Assembly (NCBI RefSeq): GCF_037042905.1
Contig: NC_087251.1
Coordinates: 47,308,001 to 47,372,000, forward strand
Length of the DNA stretch: 64,000 bases
Reading direction: 5' to 3'
From: Lytechinus pictus
Taxonomy: Eukaryota
Shown one piece after another: positions 37,901 to 52,900 of the stretch; position 1 is the stretch's first letter, and each line of letters opens with the position of its first letter. A program made the translations under genes and the position numbers. The notes beneath the pieces were generated by a model. The model did not search any database. It was given only the letters and a program-made list of their open reading frames with translations, and was not told the DNA's origin.

Positions 37901-40900
37901 AATCTATCCCGTCATCCCTTTCAAAGATGCCCTTAAGATCGTCATGGATAACGCCCCAGTACTACCGTCAGAGGTTGTGGATATTAAGGGTAAGTTGAAG
38001 TGGAGGGGGAGGGAGAGAGAGCGGAGAGGGGGATGGGAAGGGGGAAGAAGGAAGGGAGGGGAATTGAAAGAGAGAATGTTGCCAGGCATCCAAGAGAATC
38101 AATCTATCCTGTCATCCCGTTCAAAGATGCCCTCAAGATCGTCATGGACTACCACCAGAGTTTGTGGATATTAAGGGTAAGTTGGAGAGCAAAGGAAAGA
38201 AGGAGGGGAGCGGAGGGAAGGAAGAGACAGACAGATAGATGGGAGGGAGATAATAGGTGAAGGGTATTGATGTAAAACTCCCTACTGTTTGATTTCATTA
38301 TGGTTTATTATGTGGTAGTTATGCGCCACTTTTCCTCATTTTATGATGGTAACATCAGGCCCAAAGAACAACCATAAAAAAAGAAGGGGGAAGAAAAAGA
38401 GGGAGGAGGGGATGGAGCAAGGGACAGGCTGAGAAGGGGTAATGGGAGAGGGAATTAGTTTTTTTTACACAAATATCTTATTCATGTATGCAGATGAATT
38501 GTTCTTATACGAGCTAGGAGGAGGTAGGGGGGCATTAGGATGGAAACTGGAGGAAAGGACTGGAATACTGATAACATATTTAGCTCATTTTAAAGATTGG
38601 TAAAAGTTAGATAGTGAAGTAGAAAATAAGTTATTTTTTTGTGAGGAGGAAATCTAATTTGAATGTGATAGATAACGATTAAATGGAGAAATCTCACATG
38701 GTTTCACAAAATAGTCCTACATTATTGTCATAAACTGTACTTGCATTTTATTGTTTTTCTTGTTCCTGTTCCTGTTCTTGTTTTTCCTACATTATTGTCA
38801 TATACTATTAGTATATTCTTTTCACATTTTATGTTTCTTTCCTGTACTTGTACTGCAGTACAAATGAATACAATAATCAATTAATATCTCTGTCCATAGA
38901 TGCATTGGCTAGAGTTGTAGCTGAGGAGGTCAAAGCCCCAATTTCACTGCCTCCATTCAGGAACTCAATCAAAGATGGTTATGCAGTACTAGGTAAGAAC
39001 ATTGAAATAATATGGATTGACCTTGATAGTATACAAATAGTACATATCATTGATGGCATGAGTAAGAATATCCCTTTTGGTCACTTGAATTATGAATTTA
39101 ATATGATGGAGGTGTGCCTCACAAAATCTTGAAATAAAGGTCTGAGACTAAAGCCCAGCACACTCTATGCGATCCGATATGATTTTTTTAATAAATCGTA
39201 ATTTGCATTAAACATGAAAGTTCCGAGAAGTAGAATTATTTTATTTGAAGTTTTGCATCATGTTAGGAGTAATAAAATCATATTTTTGCTATGCGGCAAG
39301 CCCTATGGTCGGGGGAAAGTCCAAATTGGCTTCAAGTCGAAGCCGATGATGACGTCATTAGGATTTGGAATTGAATTTTGCTTTTATTACTACAGGGGGG
39401 GGGGTCAAACAAGACTGAATTTGGATTTCAGTAGTCCCACCACTATTCTGAACTCTGATCGCTAAGATTTTATTGGTTGGAGTGTTCATATAAAATGTTA
39501 TTACAATTTCTTTGAAATTAGGATTACAACAAATCGCAAAGTGTGCACCGTGCTTAAAGGACAAGTCCACCCCAACAAAAATTTGATTTGAATAAAAAGA
39601 GAGAAATCCAACAAACACAACACTGAAAATTTCATCAACATCTGATGTAAAATAACAAAGTTATGACATCTTTAAGTATTGCTTAATTTCACAAAACAGT
39701 TATATGCACATCCCGGTCAGTATGCAAATGAGGGAACTGATGACATCACTCACTGACTATTTCTTTTGTATTTTATTGTATGAAATATGAAATATTATAA
39801 TATTCTCCTCATTGTCCTTTGAAACAAAGTTTTATTTCCCCCTGAACATGTGGAACTACCATTGTTAAACATTTTTTGGTTCAGTCAAGTTGGTCCTTAT
39901 TTTCAAATCCGTAAAAATTGAAAAATTGTGTAATTCAAACAATAAAAAACAAAAGAAATAGTGAGTGAGGGACATCATTGATTCTCTCATTTGCATGTGA
40001 CTAAATTGTGCATATAACTATGTTGTGAAAAATACGCAAAACTTCAAAATGTCATAACTTTCTTATTTTACATCCGATTTTGATGAAATTTTCATCATTA
40101 TGCTTGTCTGATTTTTCTCTAACGATTTAAATCAAAATTTTTCTGAAGTTGACTTGACCTTTAAGGAACTGACTACTAGGTTTGAAATACAGGGTTTTAG
40201 GCAGAAAGTAAAATGGTCTCGGGAACTGCATTGGATTGCTTTCGTTCGATGTAGTGAGCCCTCTTTATAGTTTATCTATATTCTTTGGCTGTAGTTGATC
40301 CCTCGCATTTGTACAGTATCATCAGTACGTGTACAGCCAATCCCTCTGCTGGTCACCCACTGTTGTAGGCATTGTTGTGCTGTGGAGGGACACCGAATAA
40401 CTTAAGCTAGATCGCGTGAATTATGGGTGCATAGCCTGGGTACAAGACCACAATCTTCATGCTTGCTCTTTGCCTGCGAACAGGGCCCCATCTTACAAAG
40501 AGTTACGATTGATCTGATCAACCTCAACTGTATTGAAATCCATGAATATCATAATTTTCTCCATGGGAAGTTTGCACAATGTCCTTTGTAAACAAAGAGA
40601 AGCACACTGAGTGTTCAAGAAAAAATGACTGTCTGAAAATACAGCATGTCTATTAAATATTTTGAACGAACATGCATTTTAGATGTTAATGTCGCTTGCT
40701 TTCCATAGTTGTGGTTGATCAGATCAATCACAACTCCTTGTAAGACAGGGCTTTTATATGTTTCATGATGGGAGGTTGGTAATCGGAGCAGGGCTGACAT
40801 GCTGCTTAATAGCGGTTTCTGAATGGAATTGAGTATCTAGAGAACTGAAACCAAGGTCCGGTAAAATGGGGTTGCCAAGGTACCTGTACCATATTACTCA

Positions 40901-43900
40901 TGAGTTATAATACATTTCATGGAATACTTGATTTTGATCAGTGTGGGCATCATTACCATGGATGGCAAATTATAATTTTCATGCACCAAGACCGAGGTCT
41001 TGTTTTGAACACTTATTTGTATCTATCACACATTTCATCGGTCAGCTTCTGATGGTCCCGGGGTACGTCAGGTGATGAACGATGCCACCGCCGGGGATGC
41101 ACCTGACCTAGAGCTTCTCCCAGGCCATGTGATCAGGATCACCACCGGTGCTCCAATCCCTAAGGGTGCTGACGCCGTGGTGCAGGTGGAGGATACCGAA
41201 CTGGTAGAAGAAGCCGATGATGTAAGTATGACTGGAAAGGCAGATCTTGAAGGCAGTGAGGCTGTGGTTTTTCAATCTTATTTTCTTAAAAAACAGATTT
41301 ATCAATTTTTCAGTTTCACTTTATGCACATTTATTTTTTCATTGAAAAAAAAAAGAGTACACCTACAGGAAACAGCTGTCAACTAGTACTGATTTCTAGT
41401 AGTTAGTACTGAAATATGAGAAGAATTTGGATGGTTTTCATGCTAAATACTATTTCCTCAGCCAAATATTGATTTCTAGCTCTTAAAATACTGGAATACT
41501 CTTGTTTACGTTGGCAGCTCTGATAAAACACTCTATGTGAAATAATGATATGGGTCTAATTAAAACTATCTCAACAGTCTTTTAGGTTTGTATGGTACAT
41601 CCATTTTTTTAATGCTGTGCACAGAGCAAAATACCAAAAACCTAAAATTTGTTAATTCTGACCAAACCATGCTTGCTGTCATCCAGCTACTAAAAATCAC
41701 ACATTGCAACTTTTTGTGGGTTTGGCCATACCTGATCTGTTTAAGTCCTTTAGTATTGGATTAAGTTCAGTGGCATACAGATGGGGGGGGGCGGCTTGGG
41801 GCACTTGTTCCCCAAAAATTGTTTACGACTAAAAATTGACAAAGAGAAAAGGATAGAGAGAAGGGTGAAATATATTTTTTTCTGTCAAAATCTATCATAT
41901 AATTTGATTTTTGTAATAATAATATTGCCTAATTTGCCATATCTGCCCCCCCCCCCCTCCCCAATGTTTTGCTAATTACGCCACTGATTGAATTGAATGT
42001 ATTGGCATCCTCAATGCAGAACTTTGTAATACACATATACATAAAATTAAAGTTAACCACAAACAAAAACAGATACAGTCATGGGTGTATAAAACATGTG
42101 TGAACAAAAATTGCTGTTGAATGGAACACTGGATTGTTAACTTATTTATCTCATCCATTCTATTTTGTTCTCCACCTTTCTCAGGGAAAAAGAGAGGTAT
42201 CTGTTAGAATTCTATCAACACCTACAGCTGGCCAGGATATCAGGTGGGTAGATTTCTCTACTATTGCAAAAAGTGGGGGCGTCGTGGTCTAGTGGTTATG
42301 ACTCTCGTCTTTCTATCTGAGGGGCGTGGGTTCAGTTCCAAACCATGGCGTGTTTTCCTTCAGCAAGAAATTTACCCACTTTGTGCTGCACTCAACCCGG
42401 GTGAGGTGAATGGGTTCCCAGTAGGAAGAAGTTCCTTGAATGCTTGGGTACCTATATAGACAGCGTAGCTAAAGCCGGGGTAAAAATAGCAGCGCTTTGT
42501 ATTCTCTGGCAAAAAGCACTTTAAAAATCCAACTGTTATTTTTATTTGATTTAATATCCTTTTTTTTCATGGGTGTACTGGGGCAGGTCTACATACTAAC
42601 TTTCATCTAGATACTTCTATTATAGACACAATGTTCTCTATTTGATTTAATATCCATTTTAAATGGGTGTACTAGGATATTTCCACACACAAGAAGCGAT
42701 TTGTGCATGTGATAATACATACAAGCTCTTTGTGCCCTTGTGTGACGTCATTCCATGGAGCTAACCCTGAGAGAGATAGATCAATAACAGAACTGTGCTC
42801 CGGAGCTTGTTGTCCTCAGTGGGAATTACTAGAGTCATGCCACTCTGTTTGATTAACCATCTTGTGCTGTAAAATGGAAAACTATAATCACGTAGATAAA
42901 GTAGTTGTAAACCAATTGTCAATTTTGGTTTCTATTATTCTAGACCTATCTGAAGCGACCTGCAAGAAGGGACCATGCTAGTGGTTCCTAGAACCAATCT
43001 CTGCCCTTTGAGCTTGGTCTCTTTGCCTTTATTTAGTGGGAATTGCTTGGGCCTTGCAACTTTCTATTTAAACAACCATTTTGTGCTTTATAATGGGAAT
43101 CTTTAGTCAACTAGATGAAAGCAGGTGAAAGCCGTTCATCGACTTACCATTATTTGTTTCCATTATTCTAGACCTATTGGAAGCGACCTGCAAGAAGGGA
43201 CCATGCTGGTGATTCCTGGAACCAAGCTTTGTCCTCCGGAGCTTGGTCTCCTTGCCTCGGTGGGAATCACGAAGGTCAAGTGTCACCGTCGACCCGTAGT
43301 AGGTGTCTGTTCAACAGGCAATGAGGTGAGTACAAGTGTGTACAAGGGGAGCGTTTCACGAAGATCGAGCTTAATCAGATATTTTCACCGACTAATTTGC
43401 CTTCAGCCAATCAGATGCAAGAATTTCAGTAGCTTATAACAATAAGTCACGAAGGTCAAGTGTTACTGTTGACCCATAGAAGGTGTCTGTTCAACAGGCA
43501 TTGAGGCGAGTGACCTGTGGAATAATACCGGGGGGGTAGGGGGGTGTTCCATAAAGCTGTTTATAAGATATGAACAGTTGTAACGACTGAAGGTCCTATC
43601 TTGTGGTGAAGGATATACACCAGGACCCCGTAACAAAGGTTAGTGGTTAATCTGTTAATTTGAAAGAACAATTCTGATTTGTTCCTCATCAGTCTACTGA
43701 CCAAAATGCAGTGATGACCTTAATAGACCGTTTTATCTAGCGATTAATCACTAACCCGTGTGATATGGGGTCCGAATTTCCATTACTGTTGATTTAGTTT
43801 CTCAGAAAGGGTTACCAGTCATTTAAAAAGTCGCTTGTAAGTTACAAACAGCTTTATGAAACGCCCCTGGAATGTATTTTTGTCATACCGCTACATCTTT

Positions 43901-46900
43901 TGTTCCTACAGTTAACAGAGTCCTGCAGAGTTCGTATGGAAGTTACCATAACAGAAACAGAAACCCTCTGAAAAGGAACCTCTTTGTCGCATCCATGATA
44001 TTAGGGGGATCAGTCGCATTTAATTCTTTGTGAAACACCCCCCTGAGATGTATCCTTCACTCTTGTTCTTACAGTTGACAGAACCCTCTGAGAAGCTTCC
44101 TCCTGGTCACATCTATGATAGTAATAGGATTACCATGCTGGCTACACTCCTAGAGCTGAATGTTCCTACAGTAGATGTAGGCATCGCACCCGATACGTGA
44201 GTCTTTCATTTAATCTCATGGATTTTGAATTGAATAGAATTAAAACTTGATTGTTGTCTGTATTCATGAGAAATTTGACACCATTGGATTATAAATCACA
44301 CATTGTTGAACCATGGTAGATCAAGATATATTGACTAGCAGACGTTGTGCAATACCACTGGAAAATGCATTACGGTAAAGTCATCATCCTATTCTATCTG
44401 GTCTGACAATTGCCCAAGGCTGATCAGGGGCCTGTTTCGTAAAGAACTTGAACTGTTGTAACTTTGCCTTTATGGCAACTACCATGGTAACCTTGATTTT
44501 GATTGGCTGCTGAGCCCTGTTGCCATGGTAGTTGCCATTATGGCATTGTTACAACAGTTGTAAGTCCTTTATGAAACGGGCCCCTGACCTGACTGAAGAA
44601 TGTCTTGCTGGTACACCAAGTATCCTGTCCCCCAAAGATGTCTCTGTTAGTCTGTTACAGGTATTTCCTATGCTATTCACAAAGCCAGGGGTCACCAAAC
44701 AATAATCCAATAATCCATTCTCTATGAAAGCTGACGTACAATTGAATTTAAAAAAATTTATCGGGGGGGGGGGGCTTCATATTGCTGTTCGTGTAAGCGA
44801 TGCATGAGTGTAGGCACGACTGGTCACACTTTGTTATGCTAAATGACTGGATAGGTACCCTAAACTATTCTCAGAAGCTTCACAGTTTCATCCATTCCGC
44901 CAATTTCCACACCTCGGAGGAAAGGAATCTGAAAGAACAAGATATGTCCTTGTGTAGCTGACTTAGCACATAGGAGCTTGTTGTAGGTGTGCATAAAGTT
45001 ATGTGTAATTTTCCGAACAGCTTTATGAAACCCCAACCTTGTATGGGTTTTCAATTCTTTTCAATTTTATATCAGGCCTTAAATTACACTCTTTTGATGA
45101 TAGCTGTAAGTTGCATGTGGAGAGGGTATCGCCCCTGGTCCTTAAGGCCACTGGACAGCTTACAATTGGTCTGCGACCCTATTTTAAAAACAATGCAGTA
45201 GAATTTAATGCGAATATTAAAACTTGAAACATCTTACTGTTCAAAGTTTTAAATCATCGTACAAATGCTCAATTCCTACCTGTGTCATCTGTTGCAGTGT
45301 CCAAGCAACCAAGGAGGTTCTCTTGAAGGCAGCTTCTCAATCTGATGTGATCGTTACTACCGGTGGTGTATCCATGGGGGAGAAAGATCTCCTCAAGTAT
45401 GTCCTCTCAGAAGAACTCAAGGCTACGCTTCACTTTGGACGTATATTCATCAAGCCAGGGTAAGAACCACATGAATGTTAAGCTCATCGATAAAAAAAAA
45501 ATTGATGGAGCAACACCGCACCTTTTAACCCTAAATAGACTGGGCTATTTCGACGTCTTAGAAGACCTTATGATCTCGGCCGATTGCGACGAAAATTGGC
45601 ACGAGCGTTACCCATGGCATAATCTACAAAACTATAAGATCAAATTTTGCGAAAAAGCTCATTGAAAATGAATCATGCTAATTTAAGCATAAGATCAAGT
45701 TTGCTCTAATTACCTAAATAATACCCCCTTAAAGCTATTTTTTGTTCACAGACTCTATAAGAATCTGATCAAATGTACTTTAAAAAAGTTTCAACATCAC
45801 ATTTATTTTCTTCTTTGTTTTATTGTTTTCTAAATTTCTAATGTATTTCTTTGTTTTTCGACTTTTGTATTTCATTGCTTTTTTTTCAATGGAAATTGTT
45901 GGGGACTTTATTTGGGCCATAAACAAGATGAAATTAATTGTCAGTAAAAAGAAAAATAATCATACATTTATGAATTTTGGCAAAGAATACTATTTGCATT
46001 AGATTTGTACACAAATTCACGCTTTTGAGCTATTTGGGGTCTGCATGCAATGCACTTACAAAATATTGAGTTATTTCGGAACCGCGTACCCGGGGGGTCG
46101 CAATTTTGGTCTCAAAAGTTGCGTGAGACTTGAAAGTAAAAAGTCAGATAGCGACGCAGTCAGAAAATTTTGCGCAGCGGATTTATCACAAAAATTAGAG
46201 GGGGGGCTGAATCAGCCCCCCCACATGACGAAAACCTCCATTTGAGAACACTATACCCCTGTTTCAATTCTCTTCTCCAAGTACGACAAACCCTAACTGC
46301 CCCCAAGCAAGCAATTTAAGTATCAAAACACCTGTTTCTTGACCTCGGTCCGAAGATAACACAACAGCCCGGCATATACAGTCACAGCAGGGGGCCACAC
46401 ACGATGGGATGCATGCGCAGCGCTGAGCGCGGTCCCTGCAAAGCATGCCGTCATTTTTATTCGCTTACTTTCCTTATTCCGAGGTCGATTTTCTTCGTTC
46501 GAAATTGAAAATGGACTAACATTGGATTTCTGAATACAATATGCCTTTGAAAACGTGATTAAATATCGAATACAATAATTTCATTCCGAAGGTCCTACTA
46601 CAGGCAGAGAAGTCTTACGTAATAGCACAGCTGTTGTTTATCATTTCGTCCTTGGCTCAACGCTCATATACTGGCCTGTGGAGGTGAAATTGAGACAGCG
46701 GGGATTACCTGGCCAAGCAGGGTTGATCAGGGCTTGGAAATGATTTTTGGGATTTCCAAACGTAAAATGGGGTATAAAACCGCAGTTTGCAATCTGAACT
46801 GCGGTCTTTCTCAAAACGGGGGTTTGACGTAATGAGTCTTTTTAGGGTTAAAGGCCACCAGAAACTCGAAAAGGTACTCCAAAAGGTCAAGCGTGCACAA

Positions 46901-49900
46901 AGTTCCACAATTTTTTCTCTTTTGTGTGTTTGTTTCTTACGTGTTGGTATGACCCCACGTTCTATTAATTGTGTCATGAAGTATTTTTCTTGTAGCTTTA
47001 AGGTTGTGTGGCAGCATACAACAAGCTCTATCCATTTTTGTCTCGCCTGCATAGCAGAGCGAGACTATAGGCGCCGCTTTTCCGACGGCGATGGCGGCGG
47101 CGGCGGCGTCAACATCAAATCTTAACCTAAGGTTAAGTTTTTGAAATGACATCATAACTTAAAAAGTATATGGACCTAGTTCATGAAACTTGGACATAAG
47201 GTTAATCAAGTATTAGTGAACATCCTGCCTGAGTTTCAGGTCACATGACCAAGGTCAAAGGTCATTTAGGGTCAATGAACTTTGGCCAAGTTGGGGGTAT
47301 TTGTTGAATTACCATCATAACTTTGAAAATGTATGGATCTAGTTCATAAAACTTGGACATAAGAGTAATCAAGTATCACTGAACATCCTGTACGAGTTTC
47401 AGGTCACATGACCATGGTCAAAGGTCATTTAGGGTCAATGAACTTTGGCCAAGTTGGGGGTATTTGTTGAATTACCATCATAACTCTGAAAGTTTATGGA
47501 TCTAGTTCATAAAACTTGGACATAAGAGTAATCAAGTATCACTGAACATCCTGTACGAGTTTCAGGTCACATGACCATGGTCAAAGGTCAGTTAAGGTCA
47601 ATAAACTTAGGCCATGTTGGGTTAATTGTTGAATTGCCATCATAACTTTGAAAGTTTATGGATAGAGTGAATGAAATGTGGACATAGGTGTAGTTGACAA
47701 GTCTTAACCCTTTGCGTGCGACGGGCTTCCACAGAAGCCCAGCGAGTCGTTCACTTAGCTACGACGGGCTTCTACAGAAGCCGAGATATGTTTGGTTTAA
47801 TTCAATGAAGTTTTTCAGCTTTTTCGTAATTGTTATGCACTAAAACCTCTGCCACTATTTCCTTTATAAACCTATTTCGATAACAGATTGAAAAAAATAT
47901 CCAGCTACGTGGGGAAAAATCCCGAAAATAGGAAATCATTTCAACTTTACCCGATTTTTTCGTTGGAGTCTGACGGGGAAGATAAATTTTGTGACGAGCA
48001 CGTACGCGCGCGCACAAGGCCTGATCACGTGATTTGTTCTGATCACGTGATTTGATCCATATCGTTGTTCTGATAGATATACGCTAACATCTTTTCTGCA
48101 AGATCGTCACGTAATAAGCTACGCGTTTATTCACCATTTTCGTCTTATTTGTTTAATCAAGAAGATATCACTCTAGATAAAATGATATCTCCTTGGTTTC
48201 ATCGATCGATTGTATTTTCAAAAAACAAAAAGCTTGTAATGTCTTAGTACTTTGAGCTGATCTCGGTGCACTTTTGAACTTTTTCCCTCCCCATCATCCC
48301 CCTTCTTATTATTTTTGTCTACTATTCTGGAAAAAAAAAGAGCAAAGAAAGCAGTTAAGCACACCATTCATCTTCTGCTCTTTTCAAAAGGGAAACGTCC
48401 ATGTAGTTCATGATATCGGCACTACCCGAACAAAAGAATGTCTGGGCGGCCACTCAAACAAATTCCTTCCGAAAAGAGCAGGATACAGATGGTCAACGCC
48501 CCGAACAAAAGGAAGATTAGTGTTTATCGGCAGGATGACCAATTGAATGCTTTTCGCACTTAGCAATACAAAAAAGCTTCTATGAATACTTTTATTTCGA
48601 CCAACATACCGTATTAAAAAAAAAAATTGTCTCATTTACCGACAACACTGGTGCTTATGACATCCGTCAGTGATTCATATTGCATAAAAGCGCTACCCTT
48701 GGGTGATGATGCATATAAGGATGAACGAAGAATCATTTAGGGAAATTATAGAAAAAATATGTTCAGATGTCACGGAGAACGAGAGAGAATGAGAGACAGA
48801 GATAAAAGGGGAAATAGACAAGTGCGCTTTTGCTAAAATTCCATGAATATCTACTTAAACGAATAACAACATGACTTTATTTTTGGTTAGATTACTTTTA
48901 AAAAATCCCACAGCGTTTGTTTGTCGCAACTCGGTCCCCAGACCCTTGCCAAACTGATGACTTTTTATCATTATTCTTGTTTGACCTTGCCCCCCCCCCC
49001 CCAGATGGAAATGTTCTGACCTACACTCTAATATTGCTTGTTTGTCTCCTCTCTCCGATTTTTTGTTTTTAATTGCGAGTAACGCGGTAGAAAAGATCAG
49101 AATAAAGACCGTCTTGGCCACTTTTTCCCCGTTACGACCAAAAAAAAAATAAAATCGCATTTGGGGCGCTTACCATGGTTAGCATCTAAACCAAAATATT
49201 TGGAAAAAGATGTTATACAGGGACAGCAATGTTTTTTTTTATGGTGCAGGGGTTGAGCTGTGGGACGGGGGTGAAGCGGTTAAAAAAAATCACAATTTGT
49301 TAATTCATGTCATTTTACAGAATGAATTTATAACATGTTAGGTTTTATATAAGCTCTTCATCTTATTTCCTTTTCTCTCCCAGATGAAAACTTTTGCATT
49401 GAAAAGTTGCCAGAAACATAATCACTTCAAATGATAATACCAATAATGAACTAAAAGTTTCCTCGCGTGAAATGGAAGAAATAGAATGATACAGGATGAT
49501 AATTTGTTTGTCTGGCGTGTCACCCGATAGAACCCTCTCAATCCTACAAATTTTTATTCATGTGTGACCTACACCCCCCCCAAAAAAAAAAATGTTGATA
49601 CCGACCCAAATTTTATTGATTTTCCTACTTTTTCGCCAATTTCTTTCTTCTTTTTTTTTTTACCGGTGAATAGCGTGCATGGTAGAAAAGATTCATAGAG
49701 GAAAACAAAGTTTTTCCTTTACTGCATACAAACATTTGGGGCGCTTACCTTGGTTAGCATCAAAACCAAAATATCTGATTTTTTAAAATAAAAAACAGGG
49801 GCTGCTGAGCGTTTTTTATAATGGAGGGGTTTAGCTGAATGTGGGAGGGAGTGGACCGGCCAAAAAAAATCATGAATTTATGTAGACTTCGGATTTTGTT

Positions 49901-52900
49901 GTACATGTTTGCTGAAAGGGGTGAGGACTGAAACTTCCTACCAACTCCGCTGCCTCTGTACTATGAGATTGAACGATTAAAACGATAGAGACAAAAATGA
50001 ATTCTAATCATTGTGAAAGTTTTTTTAATGATTTATTTATTACTTTGTTTTCGGCTGTGAAATCAAGGAGACAATATAACAAAACGAAGGAGATAATCGA
50101 ACAAAACGAAAGAACAAATAAAAAAAAAACACTTATGATTACGGATGCTATAATTTATTTAAAAAAAAATACTTTCTCTTACTTTCAGTAATTGCTATCA
50201 TGGCTCTTTTTGAGGGAATAGTAAGATAAAGAAACGTAGAAAGTGACAAGAAGAGAGTTGGGAGGTATGATTTCACTTTTTCAGACTTACAATTTTAGTC
50301 ACTTTTATTCGTTTAACACTTTGAAATAATTTCAGGATATTACAAATCGAATACCGGTGCGCAAACTTCAGGAACAAAATTATTTTGTCATTATAATAGC
50401 TGCGTGGAAAATCGAATAAAATGAGACTGAGACATATAATTTATGAAAAAATCTAAAAAAGAAAATTACTTTTAGTGAAAGATTGAGGCCTCTGTCTTGC
50501 CATAACCCTAAGCCCCAAGTTCACAAAAAATAGTTTAGTTGTCATTTTTATACGATGATGATGATCATCATCATCGTATTGTCTTTTGCGAAAGATATCT
50601 ACCCATGTTATCAATATAGAAAATGGAAGATGATGTAGAATTTATTGTGAAATGACAGTTACAATAGTAATTTTAAAAGGTTTTTCGAGACATTATTTGA
50701 GAAACTGGGGGAAAAACCCCAAAATTTTTCGACATGATGACCACGATGCAATAGAACGAGAGGCCCAAAAATCCAACCATCTCCGATACAAGTTGGCAAA
50801 AACGAGGCATTTTCTCGGAACCGTTTCCGATGAAGAGAGAGAGAGGGGGGGGGGGGAGACGTTAGACGTAATGTAAAACGACAGGTACTGAGAAGAAAAA
50901 TCAGAAAGGATTGAGGGGGTGGGGGCGGGTATATACCTCGTAATCTAAATCGGGAAGAAGGAAGACGATACATATATAATTTAAATGAGAAGAACTCAGA
51001 GAAAAAAAGGTGTAGAAAGGAGGGGATATAGAAAGACGATAGATATAAGGGAATGAAAGCGGTAGATAATACAATCGGTTACAGGTTAGAAACCAGAGAA
51101 AGGGAAAACAAGGAAATCCCTAATTGGTACCGTTGTATAAATACATTATACATGTACATTTTATGTTGACAAATGCGCAATAATTTAAACAAATTTACCA
51201 TCCGCCAGTCAAATAGAAGGATTTCAGTAGCTTTCAAGTGTTATTGAAAATTTGTAAACAAATCTTATATGAAACGGGCCCCTGGTAAATTTTTGAACCC
51301 CCCCCCCCGCTTTCTCTCGTTCTCTCATCCGATATTACTCTTATTTTTGTCTTCTATTTCAAAGGAAACAAACAGAAAATAAGGAATTTAGAACACCGTT
51401 TATCCTCTGCTCTTTTGAAAATGAAAACGTCCATGCAGTTCTTGGTGTCGGCACTCCCCAAACAAAAAGAAAGTCATGGCGGACGCTCAAACAAATTCCT
51501 TATGAAAAGAGCCTGGGGACAAATAGCCAACGCCCTGAATAAAAGGAAGATTAGTATATCCACCTAAAAAAAACACGTTTGTTTGACGTGTCCCGACAAA
51601 CCCCTCTCAATCTTACACCTACCCCCCCAAAAAAAAAATGTTATTATTTTTTTTCGCCAGTTTCTTTCTACTTTTTTTTGGTCTTTTGTTTTTCTGGCGA
51701 ATAGCGTAGCAGAAAAGGATCCATATAAAGAAAAAAAAAGACCGGTTGACCTTAAATTTTTTTTGGGGGCGCTTACCCTGGTGAGAATCAACACCCAAAT
51801 ATTTGAAAAAGATGTATAAATAAATCTAATTTAGATGCTACAATTTCAATAGATAATAATTTACTTTCTCTCATTGTGACGAACAGTAATCGGTAGCATG
51901 GTTATTTTGGAGTGAAAAGGGAGATAGAAAAGTGATAGAATGAGACGAGGAGAGCGTTGGGAGGTATGATTTCAGATCCACTATTTGAGTCACATTTACC
52001 CCCTTCGATCTTTGAAATTGCAACAGGAAAACAAATCGAAGACTGGTATGCAATCTTCAGGAACAAAATTATTTTTTTATTACAAACTATAATTCATGAA
52101 AAGAAGAAACCAAAGGCGATTTTTAGTGAAACATTGAGGCCACCGTCTTAAAGCCCAGAAGCCAAAAATCACAAAATAGTTTCGGACTTTCGTTGCGCAG
52201 CATCATCATCGTACTTGCAAGGGAATATTCACCCTTTTTTTATTCATTCTGGAAAATAAAGGTATTTGGCATGCTGTGATTTCACCCAAAACGGATTATC
52301 GTCGTAATTATACACTTTGCAAATTATCTGTATACAAGGGGGTAAAGAGACCATTCATGAGTAGCGTGACAATAGGCAATGAAAATAAGCACCAAGCAGA
52401 CAACAAAGCGGTATAGATCGAACCCGACTTGTCCGCGCGTGCTGATTGCCCTTACGCATTTTTGTACACAGTGCCTATTGACTTGGGAAAAAGCGAAGAT
52501 TTGACAAAATAACACGACTTTTTCCTCGTAAATTTCTTAACTATTCTGTTGATTTGAGAAGCGAGACCTTTAGTTCTAGAAAGAAAAATGTCTGATCTTT
52601 CATCTTTACATTTACTAAAAATCCTGAAAATACTTCAGTTTGGCGCAATTAGCAATAGATTAGGAAAACACCGCCACAGATCCAAATACCAGCAATGTAC
52701 AAAAACGGCTCCGCCGCAGGGAGAGGTATCCGGTTTCGCGGGCCCGCACGCAAAGGGTTAAGTCACCGTTCAAATGTCATTTAAGGTCAATGAACGTGGT
52801 ATTATGTCATTACATGTATATGAATGGTGTTTTTGTGAATGATTATTTTATAGTAGTTTTCAAAGTTAGCACTGCTGCTATATTAAATCGCGTAATGCAG

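Noticed and set aside
42930..43050. Mutually exclusive alternative exon 13
   Set aside because: The copy has an insertion giving an immediate TGA and has no donor, so it is a decayed duplicate.
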